From the NCBI GenBank assembly GCA_013265495.1, contig MU058824.1, positions 3,561,111-3,625,110 of the forward strand: a stretch of DNA of 64,000 bases. The letters run 5' to 3'. Within the stretch, counting starts at the first letter, position 1. The number at the start of each line of letters is the position of its first letter. Positions 1 through 12,639 of this stretch are shown here, piece by piece. Source of the stretch: Vicugna vicugna. Its lineage: Eukaryota. The position numbers and the translations under genes were made by a program. The notes under the pieces are model-generated. The model was given only the letters and a program-made list of their open reading frames with translations, did not search any database and was not told the origin of the DNA.

Positions 1-947
1 AAAGTTGGCTTAATTTTGACTTTTCTGTCTTAAAAACTAATTTGCTTTCTAGAATAATACATCTCTAATTTCATACTGTAAAATAACTGAGAAAACAAGG
101 TTTGTTATTTCAGGAATTTGACGTACCTATTTGCTATATCAAACAGGGTTTGATTCACCTTACAGAAGACTTTTTTCGTAAGTGAGATATATCTATCATG
201 TTTTGGTGAGTTCTAACTGGGAAATTAGCTATTATAAATTATTCAATGGAACAAATGCTTTCCCCCATCCCCTTCCCTCACTACTCACTAAAAGAAAAAA
301 AAGAAAAACCCAACACTGGATTGTATTCCACAATGAATATATATGAAAAAAACATAGTGGTCCTCACTGATCAATCATGGTAGAACCCTCATGGCACAGT
401 CACCACAGCTAACAAGCAGAGCAAAACATCGCCACACCTTCTATTAAAGAAAAGAAAAAAGAGAAAATGCTAAGATTAGTTAGGTTTTAGGAAGGAAAAA
501 AATCTTGAAAAAAATAATTGACTATCATTCATTACCTCTTAATATGTGGAGATTAAAGTTCTCCCTCACTTTTCAAGAAGTTTATTATAAACGAAATCAT
601 GTTCAAATACATTAATATTTGCCTTTTAAAGAACTCATATGGATAAACTACTTTAAAAGTAATCTTTAAAAAAATAAACTCACTTATAAATTGAGCTATT
701 AAAAAAAACAAAACACCATGCCTAAAATAAAATACAACTGTTATTACATCATAATGTATTTTGTAAAAAAAAAAAAACAGGTTGTAATAAGAAATGTATC
801 TATTAAAAAAACTATGGGTTGGGGCAGCCTATTTTTTAAAGACATTCTAGCACAATGGAAGTTAGCCTTCTTAGAGTTCACTCCACAAGTACTCTACCTG
901 TACCACAAAGAAGCTCAGGCTACCTCTGCAAAATAGCTAGTATAAGA

Positions 948-1004
948 AGCAAAAAAACTAAGATTGTAAGTCAAGCTGAGCAAAAAAACTAAGATTGTAA
1001 GTCA
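948..1004. repeat. 26-bp perfect direct duplication with 5-bp spacer
   Basis: AGCAAAAAAACTAAGATTGTAAGTCA at 948-973 and 979-1004, separated by AGCTG. Confidence 0.95.
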
Positions 1005-4000
1005 TATGGCACAACAAAGCACCACTGGGAGACAATAAGCATACCTAAAAATGCTTGATTTTTAACATACTGCAAAATGAATACAGTGACAATTAAGATG
1101 TGCAGGATAGAACGTTTGGAGACACAGAAGATAAAGTTTATAGTCATGTTCCTACATTACACAGTTTTATGGCAAACTGTTCATACTATGTAAAAATCCA
1201 GCCTACAGTACGATTCTCTTTGTGAATTAACTAATGAAAATACTGAAAGCCTAGCTAGACTAGTTAATGTTTTCATTTGAACTCTGATCAACACTTAGTT
1301 GATACAGTTGTACAGTAGAGACTGAAAAGCATTTCAGTAGCCAATCTGGACAATTTTTCTGTTGTTGTTGCTTTCCAATCAACCATGTCTGCAAAGAAAG
1401 CAGGCTATCTCTGCTATACAGTCCACAGTGCAGTCTGAATAGTTGTCCCACGGCTTTATAAGTATGTAGTATGTGTGTATATAAATTCGGTTTTAACCCT
1501 GAGAGCATGAATCTTGAACACTGCATAGTGTTTTCTATGACACTTATGATTTACTAATGAACTACAAAATGGTAGTTTTAAAAACTGAGCAAAGGAGGAA
1601 ACAATGTTCATATTCCTTCTAAAATAAGCTCATTTTAATAAGCAAGTAATATTCTGCCAAAGAAAAATAGCTGGATTAAAGACAGTCCAAAGTACATATA
1701 GTCAGCAATATACAGTGCTGAAATAATTTCGTAGGGTGAGAATGGTCAGATGATCTGCCAGTTTTACACAAAGGTTTAGAATTTTCTAAGGAAGGCCTGT
1801 TAAAATCTTAAAATCTGTTTTTACATCATGCTTACATTTTATGAGGTAGACCTATGACATCAAGATGAAAACAAATATATATAAATTTCAAATGGATTAC
1901 TCATCCATTCCTTAAAAGCTGTATTAATTGTATGTAATGACCTTCACTCAGAAATAATTCTAAATTTTCTACTATAATTCTTCCCCATGTTTTGGCTGAA
2001 AAGCTTAAATGTTAATCACAATTTGAGCATTTTATTTCTCTAAAATAAAAGAAATATGCTTTTTACATAATAGATAAATATACATATAAGACTCCCATGA
2101 CTGCTTTTCCTTCATGGTATTTTCAAGTGTGAGGGCCAAACTTGTCACTGAATCTGGCTTTCCTTAATGCAAAACCATTTAGTGAGCTGACACAATGAAT
2201 TGGTTTCTGGAGTTCAAATCTAATTTCATGCTTTTGTTTAAGCATATGTAAATCTTTTAATTTGAAGGCAATTCTTAATAGATAAAATTAATATGTAAAT
2301 GTAAACTGTAAATATAAAATACACAATTTGAAATAACTCGAGGCAACAAGCTCTAGATTTCCATTAATATCTCTGCAACAATTAGAACATGTTTTTAATA
2401 AGAGCTTCACTGTGTCATCCAGTCACCCTGGCTTTATTGCATTAATACAAGAGAATGTGCTATCAGGAGGAAGTTTAAAAGCACTATCTACATAGAATAC
2501 GAAATTTGATATAAGTACTTTGTATCACACAGCATTAACAGTACAAATAGCAAGAGAAATACATATTGTGTCCAGGATTGCATAAGCATACATTTTCTCC
2601 TTTCAGAGCACTGTCAAGTACCGTGGGAAGCAAGGAAGTGCCTCCATACATACAGCAAGGAAATTATATACCTGAAACACAATGGATCCATTTATAAAAC
2701 TCTCTAGTCAAAGCAAAACATCGAATGTACACTTCCATTTACCACAGGTGCTAAAGAAAAACTCAAATTTGATTTTAGTATCATTTGGCAGAATCTAACC
2801 AATACAGATTTTCACCTTTGGAAATTTTAAGGGTCTGTATGTAGATTACACAAGAACATGTATTTAAAATGTTAATCATTTTGTTTAATAATAGTTTAAA
2901 CCAACAAGCAGTGTTTATGCTTTCCTTATTTTGGCAGCCAAACATTTGGCATTCATTTAGATAACTTATAACAAAAGCAAATTCATTATTATGTATTCAG
3001 ATTTTAAGCATATCTTGATACATGGAAGAAAAAACATGTAATAGAAAAACTCAGAAAATATCAGAATTAGTAAGGTAACAATCCAACACCTATTTTAATA
3101 GGAAGGAAAAAAAACCAAAACAGTTCAGTGTTTCAAGAACTGGAATTATATATTCTGGATGATCCTAAGCTGATGAGCCACTGGCTTAGGGGAGAGCTGT
3201 ATTGATATTAACCATCTTCATTAGGTAGTCAGCATCTTATTTATCTAACCCTGGGGTTAAACATTTTATTGCAGTAGTCAATTTGGAAGTTATAAAATTC
3301 TTCTGTTGGGGATTGTTATTTGGGGAGTGGGGGTAGGGAAGCAGCTAAGAAAATCAGTGAAATCTCCAGAATGAACAGCCTGGCACTTTAGTATCTCACT
3401 GGGCACTCAGGAAAGCAATACTATAGAAAGCAGGTTACCATTTATGATAGTTGTATTTTCTGTGTTATCTAGAGAAAAACAGGTTCATCCATGCAAAATG
3501 GACTGTTTTAGAAGATACTGCTGCTAAAATGGAAGACTTTTCAAAAGGCAAAAGTGATTATTCCAGATGAAATGAGAAGCTCCAATGTCAACCTTACTTC
3601 CTGAATCAGCAAAAATCAAAGCTTTACTCAGAATAGGAAATTGGAGATTTTCTTTTAATTTACATATCTTTTTTGCTGAGTATGTTTTAGCTGAAATATG
3701 AGAGAACTTCTAAGAGACAGCACTTCTCATTTCCAACCATGCTTTTGCCATGGCATTATAAAATACCACTACTTGGAACTAAGAATACATCAATTTTACC
3801 AGCACTGATGTAGAAGAATCAAGAGTTTCAGTAAGAAATAGCTTTCCATTTATAGCATTTTGTTATTCACTCATTAGCCAGGCCAATACTATACCAAACA
3901 TCCAACTATAAAGCAAAAATTTTAGCTATCATAGGGACATATTTAAATAGCTAAAGCTTTGGCATATTAGAAGCAAAATTCCTAAATGAACCTTAATATA

Positions 4001-7000
4001 AAGAGCAAGAAAAATATCTTTAATCCAGATACCTTACTGTCATGTATATACAACTATTAAGTGTATGAATTCTTTAATAAAATGAATGCACAGTCTAAGT
4101 ATGTTATGAAGTACAGATAAATTTTGGAAATTATTCTGTTAAATGAATTAGATTTTTTTAAAACATGAATTTATTCAACAGTTTATAATTCTATATTTCT
4201 ATAATTGTATCAATATTAAAATCTGAAGATATGTCTAAATTATTGACAAAAATGTATCTCTTGGCTATTTTCTTTGCACCAACATTTTATTTTACATGAA
4301 ATGTGTTTAATCCCAGTTGGATTGCTTTTTCTTAACAATAATAAACAAAAAATGATGGCCTGTTAGCAAGAAGAATAAATTTTGTTCAATTCCATCTATT
4401 TTGGAAGAAATTTTGTTGTCTGTCCATCTTAATCCTTACTTTGGCTACTCCTATAGCTTCTTTTCCTTTATATTTTAGGAGTTGTGAAGTATGAGGTGTG
4501 TTTTCTTCCCCCTATATGAAGACTGTTTTAAATGAATTCATTTGGTGAACGTAAAAAAAAAAATTATTTAGTTTATTTTTAAGTGACAAAAATAATTTAA
4601 AAGATTTCTTATTCATAAACTTTTTAAACATCAATATTTTAATTTGTCTGGTCTTTATATAATACTTTACAAGAATTTTGCCTTTAACCATAATTAGTAC
4701 ATAAATGAAATTTTATTTATCTGCCTTCTAACACAACTAGCATAAAAATCACATTAACACAGAAATTGGGTAATTTCCCTATCTTTAACCTATATAAAAT
4801 AAATTCTCTAAAAATATTTAAATGACACACAAAGCTTTAGAAATATAAATTTAATATTCTTGGAAACTAGATTAAATCTGTAACAATCTAAAGCAAAAAA
4901 ATATACTGAATTATTTCACTATGGAAAAGCAAATAGGACTTAAACTAGCTTCCAAAAAACAAACCCAATCATGGAAAAAGGTAGGTAAGGAGACTTTTTA
5001 AAGATTTCCCTATATTTGTTCTCTTCACATAATGAGTCACTTACATACTATACACTTACATACTCACATGTATACTGCAAGACGTATTAATGATCTTTAG
5101 GTCCCAAATCTTTACCAGTAAATACTGTCCTCAAATGAGTTGGAAATTAAAACCTAGGGCTAATGTTGACCATTATTTTAATAACTGGCTTGTAATAAAT
5201 AATTTTGCTATATCAGTATCTGGAAAGCTTATATTTTTAAAGCAGTTATCAGTTTAAACCTGCTATTCCTGCTATTTTAAAACAGAAGTGAAATTCACTG
5301 TTGCCATTCCATACTGCTGGCAATGTACTTAAATATGGTGTGTGCCTCTTTCTACTGTGATACCCAAGGAACTGTCAAATGTTTTCCTCTTTATTTTAAT
5401 GTCTACTGACTATGTCTTAATGGGTCCCATACCATTTTCCTCCAATATTGATAATAAAAGAAAAACGAGTAAAAATGAAAAGTCTTTGTTTAAAATTTCT
5501 ATAAATAAATCTCACCCAGAGCTAAACATACAGATGAAGCACAATGTAGCTAAAAGGCAGTTGCCTCCCATTATGGTTATATGACGTAGAAAACCAACTT
5601 CCCCTAACTTTAAAAGATTCAAACTGGCCAATTTTGTCAAATCTTGCTGTGATAAAACATAGCTTTTTCAACAATATACAGAGGCTAAGGGATGGCCAAT
5701 AATAAAAATGACAGTGCAGTGGCCCAGCGCTACAGAAGCTGGTTTTCATAGACCGAGCTGAAATATATTTGCTGTTTTCTATGGCAGTATCCCGTGCTTA
5801 AAACCCTCCCTTCCTGTCTTTGTTCAGCTCTTTTGCTAGCAACCAAGTGCTTTCTTTTGGTTCAGCCTAGTAAAAAGCCAAAGGACTAGAACATGAGGGT
5901 CATCAAGGTCTACAAGGTAGATGAACAAACCAACAAAGCAATATCACAGGGCAAAGAGCAAAGGCATTACAATAAGAATCTAAATATAACAAAAAGAAAA
6001 GTCTATGTAAGAGTCATAATTATGAAAAATAGTAAACACTGGGGATTCCCAAGAATGGCTGCTTCACTTCATATAAATACTTAGATGATGTTCTATTTAA
6101 ATAAGAATTGAAATCCAGGACATTAAATAATTATTTTCAAATTCAAGTGAAATAAGTCCTGCAGCACATGCGATACACAATAATCTATTAACTAGGAAAC
6201 ATTATGCCTAAATCTGTGTGTGAGTGAGGGTGTGTTTTAAGTCCCTTGGCTTTTTCTAATTAATAATGAATTTCTTTTACTCTATGTAGAACACTGACTT
6301 CTTCAATTTGATGTGCTGTTTCTAAGGTTAAATTGCAAAATTAATGACAACTATAAGTTATGTGGTAGAAACAATCAACATGGAAAATAACCAAAGAATT
6401 TGCTTACTTTTTAATCCTATGAGAGAATGAAAATATTTTTGTAATTATTTACAAAAAGCAGCTTTTCCTGCTTTTGTTTTCCCAACTACCACTTCTTATT
6501 AATTATATAATTGCAGGCAATAAAGTAAAAGCTAGATATTAATGGAGCAGCTATTTCCTTTTTAAGTCATCATTGTGATCATGTTTATTGCTGCCATGAC
6601 ATTCATTCTTACGCCAACCCTGCAGTGGAGCAAATGGGATTGTGATGATTTGAAACACAGAGAGAAACAGTTGGAATGATCAATCAGGTGAGACACAGGC
6701 TTCTGAAAAATAGCTAAAAAATGAAATTTTATTTTGGCAAAGTCAAAACCAAATTTTCTTTTCCTAAAGGCCATTTTAAAAACAGGTGAATATCAGGTGG
6801 ATAGGGAAAAGTTTATTATTAAGCAGTTTTCTGGTAACATACAAAAAAACTTCCTATTTCACTAAGCTAAGGTTTCTTCCACTTTCCCTTCCCTTCTCCT
6901 CAAAGAAATATTTGAACACAAAGAAAAAAGCAGCCAAATGATTAAAATATAGTTCTCTTAAAGGAAAGAAAACTTATTTAGCAAGATACAGCACAGTCTT

Positions 7001-7569
7001 AACGTTTTACATTATCTTAGCTGGTATACCGCCCAGAAACACTTCGTAGAAACATATAAACACATGAGATACAGAAAATTCAAGAATACTTAAAATTAAT
7101 AAGCAAAAAAGTTCCTACTTAATTTTTATTTTTTTTTTAATTTGTGGGCCAAAAGTAATATTAGCCTAGTATTATAAGAAGGTCAATGACAAATCTGGTC
7201 AAGCAGGATAGGATAAGTACTGACTTTTCAGAATAGAAATTAGAAACAAGAACTCTCTCCTTTCTCCTAGAATGCTAACCTGAAGGACAAAAGACCATGA
7301 CAGAAATCGAGACTAATAACGCCGTTTTCTGATCATCAAGGCAGTAGGAAAAAAACAAACTCCGAAAGCTAAACAGGTTAACATTTTTATGTATCAATAA
7401 TAAATATAATCTCTATAGACTTACAGGGTTATAAAGCACAAATGAGAAATAAATGTGAAAAAGCTTTACCAACCACCAAGAATTATACACACGAGGGATT
7501 ATGGGCACTCCTATTTCCCTTCCTCTAAAATGCTGTAATCCAGCAAATTGATGATTCAGTAAAAATATC

Positions 7570-7790
7570 TCAATAATCTAATGCTGGCTCAAATACCAGC
7601 TCCTCATGAAGCCTCCTTTGATTTCCTGAGGAGAAACTGATTGCTCACTCCTTAATGATCCTATTATATTAAACCTGCATGCATATCATACCTCTTCCAT
7701 AAGGTTAAAAGCTCCTTGAAGGCAGAAACTATGCCTTACTTATCTGTGTTTGCCATGATACCTATATGCTAAAAATTCATGGACTGTTTT
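7570..7790 (+). mobile_element. L2 3' fragment
   Basis: ctcaaataccagctcctcatgaagcct...aagctccttgaaggcagaaactatgcc resembles the L2 3' end; boundaries approximate. Confidence 0.6.
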
Positions 7791-9309
7791 ACTAAGTACC
7801 ATATTCCCAAATAATATTTACTTGACCTCTGTATAAAAATATAGAACAAATACAGGACATAAAGTTTCTGATTGTGAGAGGTTTACACTGTGATTAAGGA
7901 GCTGGAACGTCTAAATAAGAAGCAATACAACAATAATTTTGAAGAATAGCTTTTTAAGCAGTATAGTCAAGGGAAAGGAAGTTGGAGGGAAGGAAGAAGA
8001 ATATAGAGGGAAAACAGAACCTTGAATATGTGGATAGGATCACTAAGTAGTGAAAACGTAAATCTTCCTAGAAAAACAGCACAAGAGTAATTCCAATTAG
8101 GGTTTGTGAATTTGAAAAGAATATGGCTTAATCATACATTTCTTGGAGAATTATTATCATGTAAAGCCAAAAGTATAATCTTGTTCCAGGGGGATATATT
8201 CACTCAAAGCATAAAAGCAGAGGTATTTAAAGTTCATTTTGAAGGGCGAAAGGGTGCCTTGGGCCTTCTTGTTGGGTTTTGTTGTTGGACCTTCTTTTTA
8301 AGGACTCAATCTTCCTTAAAATTGAGCACCTAGGTTGGGTGCTCAATCTTCAAAAAGCTGCCGTATGGCTTGGCTAGTATGGCTTTCTGATTAGAAATGC
8401 CTTTGGTGAGAAACCTTTCTCCAGTAAGCTAAGTGGGAGGAGCTGAAATAACAGCTGTAAAATAGTCCCTGGAGGCAACTTCTGGGAGATAGGCACCTCT
8501 CTTGAAGAAGTTCAAATTGAAGGCATCTGAGTGAAAGCATGTCTACGGAACAACCTCAAAGGCAAGAGATTATGAGACTCAGCAGATGAAGGATGTTTCT
8601 GAAGCAAAAATGTAACAACTGAAGTGGAACTGATAAATGATTTTTCAACTTAGCCTTTCATCCTTCCAAGGTAGATAAATTGAGTAGCTGCACTGTGCTA
8701 TGCATGGGTCTTCCATACAAGTCTTACTGTATGCTTTTCATAGGCATTCAAAATCCCAAGGCACTTTAGATAAACAAAACATAAAGAGATAGCCTGTAAG
8801 TCTTGGTTAAAATATGTTTTAAAATATAACTTGGTGTTCCTTAGCTTACATAAATCCTTTAGCCTGGTTAGTTAACATACTGTGATAAAATATGAAAAAA
8901 ATCACTTCAAATTTATCTTCAATCAAATCTAGCTCTATACATAAAATTTATTCTAAAAACTATACATAAACTTGAAAAGATTAAGTGATACTGCAGGTAA
9001 AATAGTGTAGCAGACATTTAATAAATAAACAAAGAATGGCTGAAATATTTCTCTCTAGTTGCTCTGAGAAACTTAAATGACAGACACAAGAGCACTGCAA
9101 AAATCTCTGAAGTTTTCAAGAAGACTATTTAAGCACATTTTTTCTAAAGAATTATTGAGTGGACAATATATATGGGATTCTGAATCAGATGCCTGTGTGC
9201 TAGATTCTGGCCTTGTAATAGATAAATTATCTTACCTCCTTAACTTCTACTCCCTTCTCTCTCTTATTGGAAAATCATTTAAGCCTATGGTTTTGATGCT
9301 GATGAGTGA

Positions 9310-9770
9310 TGATCACTGTTCCACACTTCAGTCCTCTTTGCATCCCCATTCGAGGTCTGAGTACCTGGTTCAAACCTGATCAATCCAAGATCAGGTTCCA
9401 CTGATTAGATCAGAAAAGCCCAATGAGCCAATGAAAAAATTTCCTGAGCTTTTATCAGAATTATCAGAAAAGAGGCACTGTCTCCTGTTAAGGATCATTT
9501 AAGTCTGAAGCTGCCAAAAGTCATTTTCCTCTAACTAGAGCCAGTCTAAGAATGAAGCCAGAATGGAGGAGAGTAGAATTGAGAAATGGGTACAGAATTA
9601 GTATTAATGCACCAGTCTCTAGAACAGATCAAGAACGATCCAGCTATGCTGACGCCAGATAAATGCCTACATTAATCTTCCCTCCTCCCTCCCTTTCACT
9701 CTCCCCATCTCCTTCCTTTTTTCCCCCTTTCCTTTGGGTTGGATTTGTTATTCACAAACAAGAGCCCAGA
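9310..9770 (+). mobile_element. Old ERVL-MaLR LTR (MLT1J/K-like)
   Basis: ccaatg..., tctgaagctgcc...gaatgaagccagaatggaggagagtagaattgagaaatgg and ttgggttggatttgttattcac motifs typical of old MLT1 LTRs. Confidence 0.55.
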
Positions 9771-10182
9771 TTATTAAAAGCCTCTACCACCTACTCTTGA
9801 TCCTGTCAGTTTCCTGTCATTGCTTTATATAGTGCCACTCTGCCCGGCCTCCACTGCAGTAGTAAAAAAAAGTAATGGATGAAAAAAATGAGTGAATGCT
9901 TGAGCTGTGGGTGTTTCTGTCTACTTTATGGTGGCCACTAAACAAGGTAAGTTATACAGGATTTATGGACAAAGACTAAAGAATAAGTCCTTAAGGAGAC
10001 CACAATCTCTAGAAGTTTAAACAAAGTTGTGATTTCACACTTAACACTTGTCTACAATTAAGAAAACATTTGTAAAAGTCTCTCAGTAAGAAGTCCAATC
10101 ATAATTAACAAAAAGTAATCTATATAAGCATATTATCCTACTAAATTCAATAGGAAGTCTAAAAGCTAAAAAAGAAAAATCA

Positions 10183-10520
10183 TAGTCATTCCTCAGAATC
10201 CACAGGGAATTGGTTTGAGGACCCCCCACAGATATAAAATCCCAGGATGCTCAAGTCCCTTATATGAGTATTTGCATTAACCTCAGTACACTCCCTTATA
10301 CTTTGAATCATCTCTAGATTACTTATGATATCTAATACAGTGTAAATGCTATGTAAATAGTTGTAAATACAATGGAAATGATAGGTAAGTAGTTGTGTAC
10401 ATATGAGCAAATTCAAATTTTGCTTTTTGGAAATTTCTGGAATTCTTTCCCCCAAATACTTTCAATTAGTGACTCACTGAATCTGTGGGTACAGAGCCTG
10501 TGGATACAGAGGCCTGACTG
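10183..10520. mobile_element. MER2-like Tigger MITE
   Basis: gtcattcctcagaatccacagggaattggtttgaggacccc...ggatgctcaagtcccttata...atcatctctagattacttat...ggatacagaggcctgactg; degenerate CAGTC/GACTG termini. Confidence 0.85.
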
Positions 10521-10666
10521 CACTGGTGGAATCTACACTTATCCCAGATCATTTGCTTAAAATTTGCTGAGGAAAATGATAGCATTCAGAATTATTTTAA
10601 TTCCTATCCTTAGCGGCTTGAGAAAAATGAAACAATCCAAACAAAAACACAAACTTAAAGAGCTTT

Positions 10667-10718
10667 TTGGGTTGCATTAGAGAAGCCCAGCATTGGGTTG
10701 CATTAGAGGAGCGTAGCA
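10667..10718. repeat. 26-bp tandem duplication (3 mismatches)
   Basis: ttgggttgcattagagaagcccagca followed directly by ttgggttgcattagaggagcgtagca. Confidence 0.9.
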
Positions 10719-10734
10719 TTTGGAATAAATAATG

Positions 10735-11088
10735 TAAGTAAGTGCAATCACAGGTATCCTTTTAAGAGGGAGATAGAGGGAGACCTGAGACAAAGAAGAG
10801 AAGGCAATATGAAGACAAAATAAAGAAGAGACTTGACAGTGCTGTGCTCAAAGACTGTAGTGATGCAGCCACAAGCCAAGGAACACTGGCACCCACCAGA
10901 GCTGGAAGAGGCATGGAACAGATCCTCAGAGTCTCCAGAAAGAGTGTAGCCCTGATAATGCCTTAATTTTTACCCAGTAATACTGATTCTGGATTTCTGG
11001 CCTCCAGGACTATGTAGAATAAATTTCTGTTCTTTTAAGCAACCAAGTTTGTGGTAGTTTGTTACAGCAGCAACAGGAAACTAATACA
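10735..11088 (+). mobile_element. MLT1 (D/E-like) LTR, 3' part
   Basis: gcagccacaagccaaggaa...gctggaagaggc...ttctggcctccagga...aataaatttctgttcttttaagc...gtttgtggtagtttgttacagcagcaacaggaaactaataca. Confidence 0.9.
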
Positions 11089-11169
11089 AACACTGTGTTA
11101 CAGATATTTTAATTTTTCAAACATTTGATTACATTACATTTACACATGCATATAGTATTGTTTATAGCA

Positions 11170-12040
11170 GTTCTTAAGAACTGTGTACACAAAATTTGGT
11201 GAATTAAACCGCAATAGCATTAACTGATTCAGACAAGAATCATCAATGGATGCTAAAACCACACGGTTAAAGTTAGTTGGAAAACAGGGCATTCACACCA
11301 TTTCAAAGTACCACAGATTGCTTACAAAGGGAAAACTGCTTACAAAGAGAAATCTGGTGAAACTACCTTAATCAAATGATCAAAGTTAATATTAATAACA
11401 AGACTAACTGAAATAAGAACCTCCTGATGTTATGCAATGTGAACATATTATCCCATATATAGTATCCATGCCAAAAAAATACATAAAAACTATGCATTCT
11501 TGTTGAAGCCATAAAAAATTTTTGGTCTTTATTAGTCAACTTAATTTTGAGTTACAATGTTTAAAAATACTGTGTAATTTTTAGTAAGGTGCTTAATAAA
11601 AGATAAATGTGTGAAACTGAATAGCTGACCTATGTATCAGGGGAAAAAAAGCATAAAGGAAACTAGATCCAAAAAACAGTACCAACAAAATTAAGACATA
11701 TCTAGAAATATATTTAACAAGAAATATGCCAACAAACATTAAGAAAATCATGAAACTTACTGAAGGACATGAAGGACTATCTTAAATAATTCATCCTGTC
11801 ATCCTAAATGTCCTAAGTTCCTCATTAAAAGATGTCAATGTGCCATCAAACTAATCTATATTACTAGTGAAATTCCAATGAAAAAGCCAATAGGATTTCG
11901 AGTAGTTTAACAAAAGAAATCTCTAGAGTAATTTGAGTATGAATAACAAAGAGGACATGTCCCACCAGATCCTAAAACATACCATAAAGCTACAGTAATC
12001 ACAATTATGCAATTAAAACAAAACAGACAAGTCAGTTAAA
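11170..12040 (+). mobile_element. Old L1 (L1ME-like) fragments
   Basis: gaatcatcaatggatgctaaaacc / ccttaatcaaatgatcaaagttaa 3'-region motifs and decayed ORF2 (aaaacataccataaagctacagtaatc). Confidence 0.6.
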
Positions 12041-12639
12041 AAGTATGACTGAGGCCCACATAGCTGTTGAAGTTTGGTGCACTCATCCCCTCATTCAATA
12101 AGTATTTGTGGAATACCGTTCGAGGGTTTGGAGAAGTAGCAACAGAAAAAAAAAAAAAAAAAGACAAAAATCTGTGTTCTGATGGTGTTTAACATTCTAA
12201 TGGAGACAAACAAAAAATTAATTTAATTTAATTAATTAGAAAATACAGAACATTTTTTTAAATAAAAGGAAGTTGCTACCATACTAACACTCAGAAATAA
12301 ACCCCTACTCGATTTTTCCCAAAAAAACTGAGATTATGTTGTATGTCCTTTAATTCCCCCATTCACTATATTGTGTACATTTTCCCATTTTATTGAATAT
12401 TCTACTAAGCCTTGATTTTTCATTGTGGAATAATATTCTGTTTGGATGTGCCTAAATTAACTATTACTCTATTGTTGATTATTTAGGCCATTTATATAAG
12501 AGTTTTGAGCCACTAATCAATGTAATATTAAATTATAAGTTCCCACTTTTTCATTTTTCATAATTGGACTATCATGAAAGTGGGATATATGCACAAATAT
12601 AAATATTTTCTAATATGAATATATTTCCTTCTCTGTTTT

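Noticed and set aside
1410..1445. let-7-3p-like 'ctatacagtc' seed
   Set aside because: Match ends after 10 nt and there is no complementary let-7 5p arm nearby
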